From positions 190,391 to 254,390 of the forward strand of contig CAWJPW010000003.1 in the NCBI GenBank assembly GCA_963844845.1: 64,000 bases of DNA. Reading direction: 5' to 3'. The DNA is from an uncultured Acidobacteriota bacterium (GTDB lineage Bacteria; Acidobacteriota; Thermoanaerobaculia; Thermoanaerobaculales; Sulfomarinibacteraceae). Both the position numbers and the translations under genes were made by a program. Positions within the stretch are counted from its first letter, which is position 1, and every line of letters begins with the position of its first letter. The notes under the pieces are model-generated. The model saw only the letters and a list, made by a program, of their open reading frames with translations, did not search any database and was not told where the DNA came from. Below are positions 27,168 to 37,700 of the stretch, piece after piece.

Positions 27168-27503
27168 TCAGTCGGCCAGTAGAGCGTCCACCCGGGCGGC
27201 ACAGATGAAGTCGTTGCGGGAGAGCCCGCCGATGGAGTGGGTGGAGTAGCGGATGTCGCAGGTGTTGTAGCCAACGTGCAGGTCCGGATGGTGGTCCTCG
27301 CGGTGCGAGATCCACGCCACCGCGTTGACGAAGGCCATGGTCTGGTAGTGATCCGGGAACTCGAAGCTCTTGGTCAGCTCGGAGCCCTCCAGCTCCCAGC
27401 CCTCCACGTGTGAGAGCAGGTGCTCGAGGTCGTGACCGGAAAGGGGATCAGCGCCTTTGGAAAGCGGCTGGCAGTGCTCCATCAGCAGTTCGTTGTCACA
27501 CAT
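27168..27503 (-). CDS. Pterin-4-alpha-carbinolamine dehydratase
   Basis: 111-aa product from ATG at 27503. FEFPDHYQTMAFVNAVAWISHREDHHPDLHVGYNTCDIRYSTHSIGGLSRNDF matches the PCD/DCoH signature (E..HHP). Confidence 0.88.
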   Translation of the reverse strand: MCDNELLMEHCQPLSKGADPLSGHDLEHLLSHVEGWELEGSELTKSFEFPDHYQTMAFVNAVAWISHREDHHPDLHVGYNTCDIRYSTHSIGGLSRNDFICAARVDALLAD

Positions 27504-27596
27504 CAGAGCCTCCTCGTCAGACTTGGTCTCCACGGTAACACGAGGCGCCGAGAGGTGTAGCGTTACAATGCATCGGGACCCCCAAGGGAGGATCAA

Positions 27597-29321
27597 ATGG
27601 CCAGGAGCACGGGAGTGGCGGGAGGGCGCGCCGAGCTGGTTGCCTGGAGGCGCGCGCGGCCCAACAACGCTTTCGATGCCGACGCCTTCGCCCGCAGGGT
27701 GCTGCGCCGCCACCTGGGCGAGCGCTTCGCGGTCGAGGAGGCGCCGCTGGGCGAGCTGGGCGCAGCGGTGGCGGGGCCGCTCGAGGAGGTGGTGGCGGAG
27801 AGCTCCCGCGACGAGCACCTGCCTGTGCTGCGGCGCTTCGACGGCATCGGCCGCTGCACCGAGGAGGTGGTCTTCCATCCCGCGTACCACCAGGCCGGGC
27901 GTGGGTACTGGAGCAGCGAGGTGCTCACGGTGCTGGGCGAGCCCGGGCAGGAGGTGCGCGCCGGCGCCCGCGCTTATCTCCTCGGGAACCTGGGCGAGGG
28001 CGGCCACCTGTGTCCGGTTGCCTGCACGGCGGGCTGCATCAAGCTGCTCCAGGCGGTGGGCAGCGAGGAGCAGCGCCGGCGGTACCTGCCCCGGCTTCTC
28101 GACCCCGACTACGACGGCCGGCTGCACGCCTCGCAGTTCGTCACCGAGGTGCAGGGGGGCTCCGACGTGGGCGCCAACGACTGCCGCGCGGTGCCGGATC
28201 CCGAGCGCCCGGGTTGGTACCGCATGCACGGCGAGAAGTGGTTCTGCTCGGTGGCCGACGCCGGCATCTTCGTGCTCAGCGCGCGGCCCGAGGGGGCGTC
28301 CGCCGGCACCCGCGGCCTCAGCCTCTTCCTCATGCCGCGCCTCGTGGACGGCGAGCCCAACGGGTTCCGGCTGCGGCGGCTCAAGAGCAAGCTCGGCACA
28401 CGCTCCATGGCGACCGGCGAGATCGAGCTGGAGGGCGCCCTGGCCGAGCCCGTGGGACCTCCGGGCGACGGCTTTCGCAACCTGGTTGGCATCGTCCTCG
28501 ATACCTCGCGGGTGTTCAACGCCCTGGGGTGCGCCGGGCTCATGCGGCGGGCCTTCGTGGAGGCGCAGGTGTACGCCGCCCACCGCAGCGCCTTCGGCAG
28601 CGCGATCCTCGACTTCCCCAGCACCCGGCGGCTGGTGGCGGGGATGCGGTTGCGCGCCGAGGCAGCCCTGCTCACGACGTTCCGTATCCTCGCGGCCAGC
28701 GATCGCCTCGCCCGCGGCGAGGGCGGCGACGATCTCGCCGCCGCTCGTCGGGTGGCGGTGATGCTCAACAAGTACTGGACGGCGGTGGCGGCCACCCGCA
28801 CCGCGCGGGACGCCATCGAGGTGCTGGGCGGCAACGGTACCATCGAGGAGTTCTCACCGCTGCCGCGCCTGTACCGCGACGCCATGGTGCTGGAGAGTTG
28901 GGAGGGCACCCACAACACCCTGTGCGCCCAGGTGCTGCGCGACTTCGCCCAGCGCAGGCTGCACGTGCCCTTCCTCGAACTTCTCGAGGACGAGCTCGGC
29001 GCGGTGCGCCAGCCGCGGCTGGCCGCGCACGTGCGCGCCGTGGCCCGCCTGCTGGAGGGCTGCCGGCGCCGGGTGGAGCGCCTGCTCGAAGGCGGCGAAG
29101 GCTACGCTGCCGCCCACGTGCGCCAGGTGGTGGACGCACTCTGCCGAGTGACCGACCTCGTCGCGTTCCTCGAGCAGGCGCGGTGGGAGCTGGAGGTGGG
29201 AGAGGAGCCGCTGACCCTGGCCAGCCTCGAGCTCTACCGCCTCGCCGAGGTGGAGGGCGCCGACCCCATGGACACGCCCCGGATCGGAGCGCTGGTGGAC
29301 TCGCTGAGCGCCTCCCTGTGA
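27597..29321 (+). CDS. AidB-like acyl-CoA dehydrogenase family protein
   Basis: 574 aa. CPVACTAG.., FVTEVQGGSDVGAN, GEKWFCSVADA, FRLRRLKSKLGTRSMATGEIEL, VLGGNGTIEEFSPLPRLYRDAMVLESWEGTHN; typical of AidB-type ACADs. Confidence 0.85.
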   Translation: MARSTGVAGGRAELVAWRRARPNNAFDADAFARRVLRRHLGERFAVEEAPLGELGAAVAGPLEEVVAESSRDEHLPVLRRFDGIGRCTEEVVFHPAYHQAGRGYWSSEVLTVLGEPGQEVRAGARAYLLGNLGEGGHLCPVACTAGCIKLLQAVGSEEQRRRYLPRLLDPDYDGRLHASQFVTEVQGGSDVGANDCRAVPDPERPGWYRMHGEKWFCSVADAGIFVLSARPEGASAGTRGLSLFLMPRLVDGEPNGFRLRRLKSKLGTRSMATGEIELEGALAEPVGPPGDGFRNLVGIVLDTSRVFNALGCAGLMRRAFVEAQVYAAHRSAFGSAILDFPSTRRLVAGMRLRAEAALLTTFRILAASDRLARGEGGDDLAAARRVAVMLNKYWTAVAATRTARDAIEVLGGNGTIEEFSPLPRLYRDAMVLESWEGTHNTLCAQVLRDFAQRRLHVPFLELLEDELGAVRQPRLAAHVRAVARLLEGCRRRVERLLEGGEGYAAAHVRQVVDALCRVTDLVAFLEQARWELEVGEEPLTLASLELYRLAEVEGADPMDTPRIGALVDSLSASL

Positions 29322-29364
29322 GCCACACCCGGCTGTCGGGATCGATCCGCGTCGGGTCAGCGCC

Positions 29365-29904
29365 GTGACCACCACGCAGCTTCTTGCCTGGGGTCTCTGG
29401 GCCGTGATTCTCGCCGAACGGTTGGTCGAGACGCTGCGGGCACGGCGCAACCTGCGGTGGGCGCTCGCTCACGGCGGCGTCGAGCACGACCGTGCCTTCA
29501 CCCGGGTGCTCCACGTCTTCCACGCCGCATGGTTCACCGGGTGGGCTGCGGAGCTGTGGATGCGCCCGGGCGGTCTCATGGTGGCGTGGTGGTTGACGGC
29601 GGTGGTGCTGCTCGTCCTGCAGGGAGGCCGCGCCTGGGTGCTCGTCACTCTCGGGCGGCGCTGGAACACCCGCATCGTCACCCTTCCCGGCGCGCCGCCG
29701 CTCGGCACCGGCCCCTACCGGCGCCTACGTCACCCCAACTACCTGGTGGTGGCCGTGGAGCTCGTCGCCTACCCCGCTCTGTGCGGCTGCTGGTGGACGG
29801 CTGGCGTGGGAGGGGTGGTCAATCTCGCGGTGCTCGCGCGCCGTATCCGCGCTGAGAACGAAGCGCTGGGCGGGGCGTCGGCCGTGCCGGGTCGGGTAGG
29901 ATGA
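29365..29904 (+). CDS. Isoprenylcysteine carboxyl methyltransferase (ICMT/PEMT-like) family membrane protein
   Basis: Four TM helices and the C-terminal signature GPYRRLRHPNYLVVAVELVAYPAL. Confidence 0.8.
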   Translation: MTTTQLLAWGLWAVILAERLVETLRARRNLRWALAHGGVEHDRAFTRVLHVFHAAWFTGWAAELWMRPGGLMVAWWLTAVVLLVLQGGRAWVLVTLGRRWNTRIVTLPGAPPLGTGPYRRLRHPNYLVVAVELVAYPALCGCWWTAGVGGVVNLAVLARRIRAENEALGGASAVPGRVG

Positions 29905-29920
29905 GCGAGGGAGGTGGGCG

Positions 29921-30241
29921 ATGGCGGAGAGGCTCACGCGGGAGACCTTTGCTGCGCTCGAGGGCGAATGCTTCCGGCTGCAGGCCGACGAGGCCGAGGT
30001 CGAGTGGGTGCTCGTGGAGGTGAGCGGGCGAGGGCCGCGCGCCGCCGCGACTCCGATCGTGCCCAGCGATGGCGTACTCCAGCGGGAGCCTTTTGCTCTC
30101 CTCTTCCGCGCGCCGCGGCAGCCGGCGTTGCCGCAGCGCATCTACCCGCTGGTCCACGACCGCCTCGGAACCCTCGAGCTCTTCCTGGTGCCGGTGGGCG
30201 AGGACGATGACGCTCGTTACTACGAGGCCGTCTTCACCTAG
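29921..30241 (+). CDS. Small hypothetical protein (106 aa)
   Basis: Clean ORF with gene-like codon bias (G/C at most third positions). FRLQADEAEVEWVLVEV..EPFALLFRAP..LELFLVPVGEDDDARYYEAVFT. Family not recognised with certainty. Confidence 0.55.
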   Translation: MAERLTRETFAALEGECFRLQADEAEVEWVLVEVSGRGPRAAATPIVPSDGVLQREPFALLFRAPRQPALPQRIYPLVHDRLGTLELFLVPVGEDDDARYYEAVFT

Positions 30242-30728
30242 GCGTCCACTCCATGAAGACGTAGACGCCCGCCTCGCCGATCTCGGTGAAGCCGAGTCTC
30301 CGGTAGAGGCCCAAAGCGCGGTTGAAGCGCTCCACGTGGATGCGCACCGGCACGCCTCGGGCCGCCCCCTCCTCGAGGACCCGGCGGAGCAGGTGTGCGC
30401 CGACGCCGTGTCCTCGAGCTTCCGGCAGCAGGGCGATGTCGACGATGCGGACCTCGTCGGCGCGCCGATCGAGATACAGTCGCCCCACCGGCGCACCGTC
30501 GGCCTCGATCACCGCCTGGTCGGCGTCGGGGTAGTGCTCCCGGTAGTGGGCGGCCTGGGCCGCGAACTGCATGGTGACGAACGCCGCCTTGTCGGCGTCG
30601 GGCCAGTCCACCAGCGCCAGCTCGTCGGCCCGGGTGCTGGCGTAGACCGCGCGCAGGAAGCCCTCATCACTGTCTACCACGGGCCTCAGCCCGACCCGCC
30701 AGGAGGGCTCGGCCTCGGCTGGCTTCAC
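30234..30728 (-). CDS. GNAT-family N-acetyltransferase
   Basis: IALLPEARGHGVGAHLLRRVLEEGAARGVPVRIHVERFNRALGLYRRLGF is the acetyl-CoA binding Q/RxxGxG/A motif context. Confidence 0.85.
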   Translation of the reverse strand: MKPAEAEPSWRVGLRPVVDSDEGFLRAVYASTRADELALVDWPDADKAAFVTMQFAAQAAHYREHYPDADQAVIEADGAPVGRLYLDRRADEVRIVDIALLPEARGHGVGAHLLRRVLEEGAARGVPVRIHVERFNRALGLYRRLGFTEIGEAGVYVFMEWTPR

Positions 30729-31579
30729 TCCGTCTCCGCGGCGAGCGGTGCCACCGAGTAGGCGAGAAACAGCAGGTCGTTGGGAACCAGATAGTCGTAG
30801 CTCGCTGCCATCGGCATCGCCCGCTCGGAGGCTCCGTCCAGCGGCAGCAGGTAGAGCCCGGCGCGCAGGGACGGGGCGCCGCCCACCGGACGATCGCCGA
30901 GGGTCACCGCGAGACGGTCGTCGCCGGCTGTGGCGCTGCGGGCATCGTCGCCCGCCGCGACCGGCTTGGAGGGTGAGGTCACGCCGTTGGGACGCCGGAC
31001 GAGGTCGAGGTGCAGCCGCACCGTCACGTCACTCGCCACGGGAATGACGAACTGGGTCGGCGAGCTCGACGGCCCCGAGACCGACGCTGCGAAGCTCCAC
31101 GCGTGGAAGCTGAACGGAGCGCCCTGCCCCGCCGGTGAGGTCATCGCCGTCAGTATGAGCGAGTGGAGGTCGATGAGACGCGGCGGCCGCGGCGGCGGCA
31201 GCAGACCGTGCACCCATACCCGTGCCTGCGGGGTGGTGATCTCCCCGGCGCTGCCGCCCACCGCGCCGGTGGGGACCACTGCCAGCGGGTACTCCTCGGG
31301 CAGGGCCGCCCGAAAGGCCTCGGCCAGCGGCTCCCGCGGGTCGTTGAGGCGCCGGCGCAGTGCAGGGTCCTCGACCACGAGGTGGCTGCCCAGCAGGTAG
31401 CCCGGCTCGAGGGCGATGGCCGAGTCGTCGCCGATTGCCACCGCCGCAGCCAGGGCGCGTGGTGCCCCCAACATGACCGGTACGGCGGCGGCGGAGAGGA
31501 GAGCGAGGGCCTCGCGCCGGTTGAGGTCGGCTCGCTGCACCGGGCTCGAAGGAAGGGATCCGGAGGGCTGTGGGGTCAT
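30725..31579 (-). CDS. Hypothetical exported protein with Tat-like signal
   Basis: N-terminus ..DLNRREALALLSAAAVPVMLGAPRALAAA has a twin-Arg plus hydrophobic core plus AxA. No recognisable domain. 4-nt overlap with the downstream GNAT gene. Confidence 0.55.
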   Translation of the reverse strand: MTPQPSGSLPSSPVQRADLNRREALALLSAAAVPVMLGAPRALAAAVAIGDDSAIALEPGYLLGSHLVVEDPALRRRLNDPREPLAEAFRAALPEEYPLAVVPTGAVGGSAGEITTPQARVWVHGLLPPPRPPRLIDLHSLILTAMTSPAGQGAPFSFHAWSFAASVSGPSSSPTQFVIPVASDVTVRLHLDLVRRPNGVTSPSKPVAAGDDARSATAGDDRLAVTLGDRPVGGAPSLRAGLYLLPLDGASERAMPMAASYDYLVPNDLLFLAYSVAPLAAETE

Positions 31580-31675
31580 GGTAGTGCTCCTGGACGGCTC
31601 GTAGCCGGCACCGCGGCGGACGGCTGACCGGATCCACCGCTATACTCCGCTTCATCGACGAGCGGGGAGAGGTGG

Positions 31676-33103
31676 ATGCTGCAAGGATGCCGTTGGATCG
31701 ATGTGCTCGGCCCGTGGCTGCTGCTCTGCGCGGCGGCCCTGCCGGCCGCCGAACCGGGGGGGCTGGAGACGGTGGCCGATCTGACGGTGGTTCCCGGGAG
31801 CCGAGCCGGGTGTGGCACCGTGGACTCGGCGCAGATCGGCACAGGCGAGCCGGCCACGTGCTCCCTGCAGGCCGCACTCGACTGGGCCGCCGGGCACGGC
31901 GATCCGAGCCCCGGCGATGGCCGTGTGGTCATCACGGTGCGGCCCGGAAGCGGCGTGGTGGCCACGCCGATCGTCGTGCGTGGCGTGCAAGGGGTCACAT
32001 TGGAACTGGAAGCGGAGGGCGTGGTGGTGGCGCCCGCCGAGCCCGGCCGCCCGGCGGTCCTCGTGCGGACGCAGGGGTCGCCGGTGGCGATCCGGGGTCT
32101 TGCGGTCCGCGCCGCGGACGAGGCGATCGCCATCGAAGGTGACGCCGCCAGGGTCGAGCTCGCCGGGATCGTGGTAACGGGCGGTGGGGGTATCCGGGCG
32201 ACGGATGTGCCGGACCTCTCGCTCCGCGACGTGGGGGTTGCAGGCGCCCTCGCCGACGGCCTCGTGGTGGAGGCCTGCGGCCGGGTGCAGCTGGAGGACG
32301 TGCGGCTGGAGGCGAACGCCGGGAACGGCCTCCGGTTGCGCGTCAAGGGACGATCACGAACCGCCGCCCGGCTGGTGCGGATCACGGCGGAGCGCAACGG
32401 CGCGGCGGGGATCGCGGCCGAGGTGGCGGATGACGCCCGCCTCGAGCTTCGTCTCACCGGCAGCCGGCTGTCTGCCAACAACGTCGGCGTGAGCCTGGTG
32501 GCCGAGGGCGGCGAGCTGGCTTTCGACGTCATCGACAACGGCGAGATCGCCGGGCAGCGCAGCCACGCCGTCAACATCTTCAGCTCGGCCGCCTCCGATG
32601 CCCTCGTGGCGGGACGGATCATCGGCAATCGGGTGGTCGGCTCACGCCTCGGGGCCGGGATCCGTGTGGCGCTGGGTGGCGCGGTGGATGCCGACCTGGA
32701 GGTCAGCGCCAACCACGTCTCGGATATTGCCGGGGATGCGGGGATCACGCTGTCTGCACGAAACGGGAGCGGGCGGCTCACAGCCGTCATCGCCGGCAAC
32801 CAGGTGCAGATGGATCCGGGCGGTTTTGAAGGGATCACGATCACCGCCGGCGGCGCCCCGGGAGATGCCTGGCGGGTGTGTGCCGCTTTAAGCGGTAACC
32901 GGGCGCGCGGCGGCGCCGGGCAGGACGGGATTCGTGTGTGGCAGCGGCGTGGCTCGGAGCTGTTCCTTGACGGCGTCAGCGGCAGCGGGGTGGCGGCTGC
33001 CGCTGCGGCGACCAGCCTGCAGGCGCGCAACCCGGGCTCCACTGTCGCCGCCCGAGCTGACGATGGCTTCACCGGCGCGCCGGCCGGCTGCCGGGGGTGG
33101 TGA
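31676..33103 (+). CDS. Secreted right-handed parallel beta-helix repeat protein
   Basis: Signal-like N-terminus (WLLLCAAALPAAEP). There are ~20-25-residue repeats rich in G/V/I/A/N (e.g. GIRATDV.., NAGNGLRL.., GAAGIAAEV.., NNVGVSLVA.., SHAVNIFS..), typical of pectate-lyase-fold proteins. Confidence 0.65.
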   Translation: MLQGCRWIDVLGPWLLLCAAALPAAEPGGLETVADLTVVPGSRAGCGTVDSAQIGTGEPATCSLQAALDWAAGHGDPSPGDGRVVITVRPGSGVVATPIVVRGVQGVTLELEAEGVVVAPAEPGRPAVLVRTQGSPVAIRGLAVRAADEAIAIEGDAARVELAGIVVTGGGGIRATDVPDLSLRDVGVAGALADGLVVEACGRVQLEDVRLEANAGNGLRLRVKGRSRTAARLVRITAERNGAAGIAAEVADDARLELRLTGSRLSANNVGVSLVAEGGELAFDVIDNGEIAGQRSHAVNIFSSAASDALVAGRIIGNRVVGSRLGAGIRVALGGAVDADLEVSANHVSDIAGDAGITLSARNGSGRLTAVIAGNQVQMDPGGFEGITITAGGAPGDAWRVCAALSGNRARGGAGQDGIRVWQRRGSELFLDGVSGSGVAAAAAATSLQARNPGSTVAARADDGFTGAPAGCRGW

Positions 33104-33140
33104 GCCCCTCGCGGGGCGGCGGTGGGGAGTGCCGGCCACA

Positions 33141-33668
33141 TCAGCTGCGCGAGGGGTAGAGCCCCTCCAGGGCAATGATGAAGTTGAGGGTCAGGTAGGG
33201 CTGCAGGTTGTTGTGCGCCTGGCTACCGCCGGTGTTGGGCAGCGAGCGGGCGTCCATGTCGACCAGGTTGGCGGAGGTGCTGCTCTGGTATGGCGCGCCG
33301 CCGCGGGCGCGGGCCAACGTCACCGCAGAGGTCAGCGAGCCCTGCTCGCCGTTCTCGGCGGTCGCCCGCAGCGTGTGGGTATGGTTGGGCATCTGGTCCT
33401 CGCTGAGGGTGACGGTCTCGACGCCGCCGTGCTCTCCCAGGCGGCGGTCGGTGAGGCCCGGTCCGCGCCCGGGATGCATGGGGGCACGGCCTTGGAGGTT
33501 GGGCAGGCCGAAGGTCGTGCGGCCATCGCCGCCGTAGGTGGTCCCGACGAGGGAGAACAGCGCGGTGTTCTGTGAGACGGGGAGCAGCTGGCCGTTGCAG
33601 AAGGCCCAGCTGCGGGGCGCGAAGTTGCCGGCGAAGATGCGGATCTCGGCGACGAAAGGCTCGCTCAT
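33141..33668 (-). CDS. Phage-tail-collar-domain protein (MdpB-like), paralog 3 of 3
   Basis: MSEPFVAEIRIFAGNFAPRSWAFCNGQLLPVSQNTALFSLVGTTYGGDGRTTFGLPNLQGRAP..NNLQPYLTLNFIIALEGLYPSR is the collar-domain signature. Confidence 0.9.
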   Translation of the reverse strand: MSEPFVAEIRIFAGNFAPRSWAFCNGQLLPVSQNTALFSLVGTTYGGDGRTTFGLPNLQGRAPMHPGRGPGLTDRRLGEHGGVETVTLSEDQMPNHTHTLRATAENGEQGSLTSAVTLARARGGAPYQSSTSANLVDMDARSLPNTGGSQAHNNLQPYLTLNFIIALEGLYPSRS

Positions 33669-33676
33669 GGCGTCTC

Positions 33677-34195
33677 CTAGTGCCGCGACGGGTAGATGCC
33701 GACGAGCGCAACGATGAAGTGAACGCAGAGGTACGGCATCAGGTTGGTGTGCGACCGGCTCCCTCCCACCGCGGCGATGGCGGTGGCCGCCATGTTGGTG
33801 TCGGGCGGACCGTTGTAGTACGGCTCCAGCACCGTCGAGCCGGCGAGCACATCGCCGGCGGGGTTGGCGTCGGAGGCGTTGTCGGAGGATCCGGTGAGGG
33901 GGTGGCCGTGGGACGGGAGCTGGTTGACGGTGAGCGTCACCTTCTCGCTGCCCCCCTGGCTGCCCAGCCGGCGCTGGCTCAGCCCCGGGCCCTGCCCGGC
34001 GTGGACCGGTACCCTCCCACGCAGGTCGGGCAGGCCGAAGGTCGTCCGTCCGTCACCGCCGTAAATGGTCCCGAGAAGGGAGAAGAGAGCGTCGTTCTGG
34101 GATACCGCCAGCAGCTGACCGTCGCAGAACGCCCAGCTCCGCGGCGCGAAGTTCCCGGCGAACATGCGGATCTCGCCGACAAACGGCTCGGACAT
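33677..34195 (-). CDS. Phage-tail-collar-domain protein (MdpB-like), paralog 2 of 3
   Basis: Start ATG at 34195 is preceded by GAGGAGG. MSEPFVGEIRMFAGNFAPRSWAFCDGQLLAVSQNDALFSLLGTIYGGDGRTTFGLPDLRGRVP..TNLMPYLCVHFIVALVGIYPSR. Confidence 0.9.
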   Translation of the reverse strand: MSEPFVGEIRMFAGNFAPRSWAFCDGQLLAVSQNDALFSLLGTIYGGDGRTTFGLPDLRGRVPVHAGQGPGLSQRRLGSQGGSEKVTLTVNQLPSHGHPLTGSSDNASDANPAGDVLAGSTVLEPYYNGPPDTNMAATAIAAVGGSRSHTNLMPYLCVHFIVALVGIYPSRH

Positions 34196-34208
34196 CTCGA
34201 CCTCCTCG

Positions 34209-34712
34209 TCAGTTGCGTGAGGGGAACAGCCCCTGCAGGGCGATGCAGAAGTTGACGGCCAGGTACGGCTGCATGTTCTCGTGCGTCTGCCCGCCGCCGA
34301 CATTCGTCACCGAGCCGGCGCCCAGAGCCACCAGCGACGAGGGATACTGGCGGTAGAGGCCGCCGACCTCGCGGGCGAGTACCCGTCCGTCGGGTCGGTT
34401 GGCGTCGCCGTCGTTGCCGGAACCGCGCAGGGTGTGGGAGTGTTGCGGCATCTCGTTCGCCGCCACGGTGTGCGTCTCCTCCCCCGAGCGGCCACCCAGG
34501 GCGAACCCGAACCCGGCGTGGATCGGTACGCGGCCGCGCAGGTCGGGCAGCGCGAAGCTGGTCCGCCCGTCGCCGCCATAGGTGGTGCCGAGCAGGGAGT
34601 AGAGGCTCTGGTTCTGGTTGATGGGCAGGATCTGCCCGTCGCAGAAGGCCCAGCCGCGCGGCGCGAAGTTGAAGCCCACGATTCGGATCTCCGCGAGGAA
34701 TGGCTCTGACAC
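34209..34712 (-). CDS. Phage-tail-collar-domain protein (MdpB-like), paralog 1 of 3
   Basis: MSEPFLAEIRIVGFNFAPRGWAFCDGQILPINQNQSLYSLLGTTYGGDGRTSFALPDLRGRVP..ENMQPYLAVNFCIALQGLFPSR. Confidence 0.9.
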   Translation of the reverse strand: MSEPFLAEIRIVGFNFAPRGWAFCDGQILPINQNQSLYSLLGTTYGGDGRTSFALPDLRGRVPIHAGFGFALGGRSGEETHTVAANEMPQHSHTLRGSGNDGDANRPDGRVLAREVGGLYRQYPSSLVALGAGSVTNVGGGQTHENMQPYLAVNFCIALQGLFPSRN

Positions 34713-34783
34713 CGGTGGTCCCCCCTTCTCGGCCTCCGCTCAGTCTCTCAGCGCAATGGCGGACCGACAGCCCTCTGCGAGCC

Positions 34784-37700
34784 TTACGGCTGCGGGCAGG
34801 CGCCGGCGTTGAAGTTGATCGTTCCCGCCACGCTCACCGCGACCCCGCCGTTGATCGTGTCGAGGCGGTTGGGGTCCGCCGATCCGGCGGGGTCGAGCTG
34901 ACGCACGTTGTGGGTTCCCGCCGTCTGGCGGACCCGGATCGGAGTCGGGCTGTAGATGTTGGTCAGCGTGTTGTTGGCGATGTCCGAGCACAGGGTGGCG
35001 CCGGCGATGATGACCTGACAGTTGATGCCGCGGTCGTCACGGATCTGGTCGAGGGTATTGTTGGTGATGGTGGCGTTGGTGGTGCCGCCTCCCACCGCCT
35101 CGTTGACGTACACGCCCTCGAAGCCGCTGCCAGTCCCGTCGCCGATCTCCCGGATGGTGTTGCCGGTGACGAGCACGGTCGTCGTTCCGGTGCCCTCGTT
35201 GCTGATCCTCACGCCCTCGCCGAGCAGGCACCCCGAGCCCGTCACGCCGCTGCTGCCGATTACGTTGTTCTCGATGTGGCCCGACATCGTGCCAGTGTGA
35301 CTGGCATTGGTGAACACGTTGATCGCGTTCGAGCGGCTGCTCGTGATCACCGGGTTGTCGTGGATGTTGAACGTCATGCTCCCTGCGCCCGACGCCGAGA
35401 CGCCGACACCGACGTTGTTGCTCTGGAAGGTGCTGCTCGTGACCTCCACGCTCATGGTGCCGCCGGCGGTGTCAGCCAAGATGCCGTTGGCGGTGAGAGC
35501 TCCGGGGGTGATGCTGCCGGTGAAGGTGCTGCCCGACACGTTGAGCGTCATGTCGGCGGTGGCTGCGCCGGAGAAGAGCAGGTCGTGCCCGGCGACGGTC
35601 GACGCCCCGCTGTTCTGCAGGGTACTGCCGGCGACGGTCATGGTGAGGGGAGTGGCCAGCGTGTTCGCCACCTTGATGTTGTTCTCGAAGGAGTTGCTCA
35701 CCGTGGTGCCGGTGAGGGTCACCGCGCCCGTGGCCTCCTCCAGCAGAATGCCGGCCTCGTCGGGCGATACCTGGTCGGCGTTGCCGGCGAGCGAGCAGTA
35801 GCTCAGCGTCAGACCAGCCACGTTGCTGCCGTAGACCCCGTTGCGGCTGTTGTTGTTGATGTTCATGCGCGCCAGGGTGACGTTGGCGGCGTTGCTGAGC
35901 ATCACGCCATCCACGTTACCCGTCGTGTTGGCGATGGTGCCGCCGGTGCCGTTGGCGGCGGCGGCGCCATCGCCGGTCACCGAAAACGGCCCCGTCGTGC
36001 CGGTGTTGGTGAGGGTGAGGCCGGGGGTGGTTCCCCCGCTCGACGACAGGCTCTCGAAGGTCACGCCGCTGGCGCCGATGGTGGTGCCGGTGATGCTCAC
36101 CGCGGCCCCGGTGGTGGCGGTGACGGTGTTGCCGGTGCCGGTGACGATCACGGTGCCGCCGCCGGAGGCGGTGAAGCCGGCCGCGGTGGTGGACGTGACG
36201 GCGAGGCCGCCGCCGGTGAAGCTCATGGTGTGGCCGGTGTTGCCGGTGAGGGTGACCCCCGGGTGTCCGGGGGTGCTGATGGTCTTGGTCGAGCCGCTGA
36301 AGGTGGTCGAGCCGCCGCTGTTGCCGTTCACCACGACACCGCTTCCGCTTCCGCCGGTGACAGCGAGCGTCCCGAAGGTCCGCACGCCCGCCGAGTTGTT
36401 CTGCAGCGAGATCCCGTCGGTGCCGCCGGTCACCTGCGTGTTGCCGAACGCCACGGTGCCGGTGGAGGTGTCCACCAGGATCCGCTGTGTGCCGGTGCCC
36501 GTCACCTGAGTGGTGCCCGACTGGGAGAACGTGGCGTTTGCACTCGTCGCGGTGACCGCGATCCCCTGGAGCGTGGGATTGGTCACCGTGGTGCCCCCGC
36601 TCACCGTGAGGCTCCCCGCGACACCGTCGAGGGTGAGACCGGCGCCGGGGCTCGAGGCGCTCGACAGGTTGGAGAAAGCGGTGCCGATGGCGGCGTTGAC
36701 GACGTGCAGCGCCTCACCGCTCGCAGTGGTGATCGCGCCACCCGTGGTCTGGAGGCGGAAGCCGCTCCCGGTCGCGGGGTTGAAGCTGGCGTCGGGGGTG
36801 GAGACCAGCAGGCCCGTGCCCGACTGGTTGCCGATGGTGAGGGTGTCGAGCTGCAGGTCGCCGCGCACGGCCGCGAGGTGGAGCCCGTCGCCCTGGATGT
36901 CGCCCGGTGAGGAGGTGCTTCCCACGGACAGGGCGCCCCCGGCTACCGTATCGAAGGTCGGGGTGGCCGGGTCCGCGTCGAACACGACGTCGTCCAGCAC
37001 CAACCCGCCGCCGCCCCCTGCCGCGCTGGCCGTGAGGGCGGCGAGGTCGGTGACGGCGACCGCGCCGGTGGTGCCGGTCCCGTCCACCACCAGGCCGGCG
37101 CCGCTGCCGCCGGCGAGGGCACAGCTTGTGAGCCCGACGTCCAGGCTCGCGGCGTCGGTGGCGGCGATGGCGACGGCGTGGCGGTCACCGGAGATGGTGA
37201 GGCCGCGCACGGCCATCCCGTTGCGGTCGCCGTTGGCGGTGCTCGCCGTCACGGTGACGCCGTCGCCACCGGCGTTCGTGTTTGCGATCCGCGGCCGGGT
37301 GCCGGCCGTGACGAGGGTGAGCGGCGTGCCGTTCACCGTGGCCACCAGCGGGACGCCCTGGCCGATGAGGTGCTGGCCGTCGAGCAGGGCGACGCCCTGA
37401 TCCTGGCCGACGCTCGTGCCGTCACCGGTGAACACGTAGAGGATCTCACCTGCGGACGAGGACGAGGCCGCCGCCGCCAGGGTGTCGAAGGGCGTCGTCG
37501 AGGTGCCGTCGCCGCCGGCGGCCTCGTCGTTCTTCACGTACCAGATCATCTGCTCGATCACCACGCTGACGGTGCCGGCGACGGTGTTGGTGCCGTCGCT
37601 GAGGGCGTAGGTGAAGGTGTCGGGGTCGGCAATCGTCGCGTCGACTCCGGGCGGCGGCGTGTACACGAAGGACCCGTTCGCCGCAATGTCGACGGTTCCG

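Noticed and set aside
33104-33117. Short hairpin gcccc-tcgc-ggggc between the convergent beta-helix and collar genes, as a bidirectional terminator.
   Set aside because: It has only a 5-bp stem and no U-tract on either side, so the evidence is too weak to annotate.
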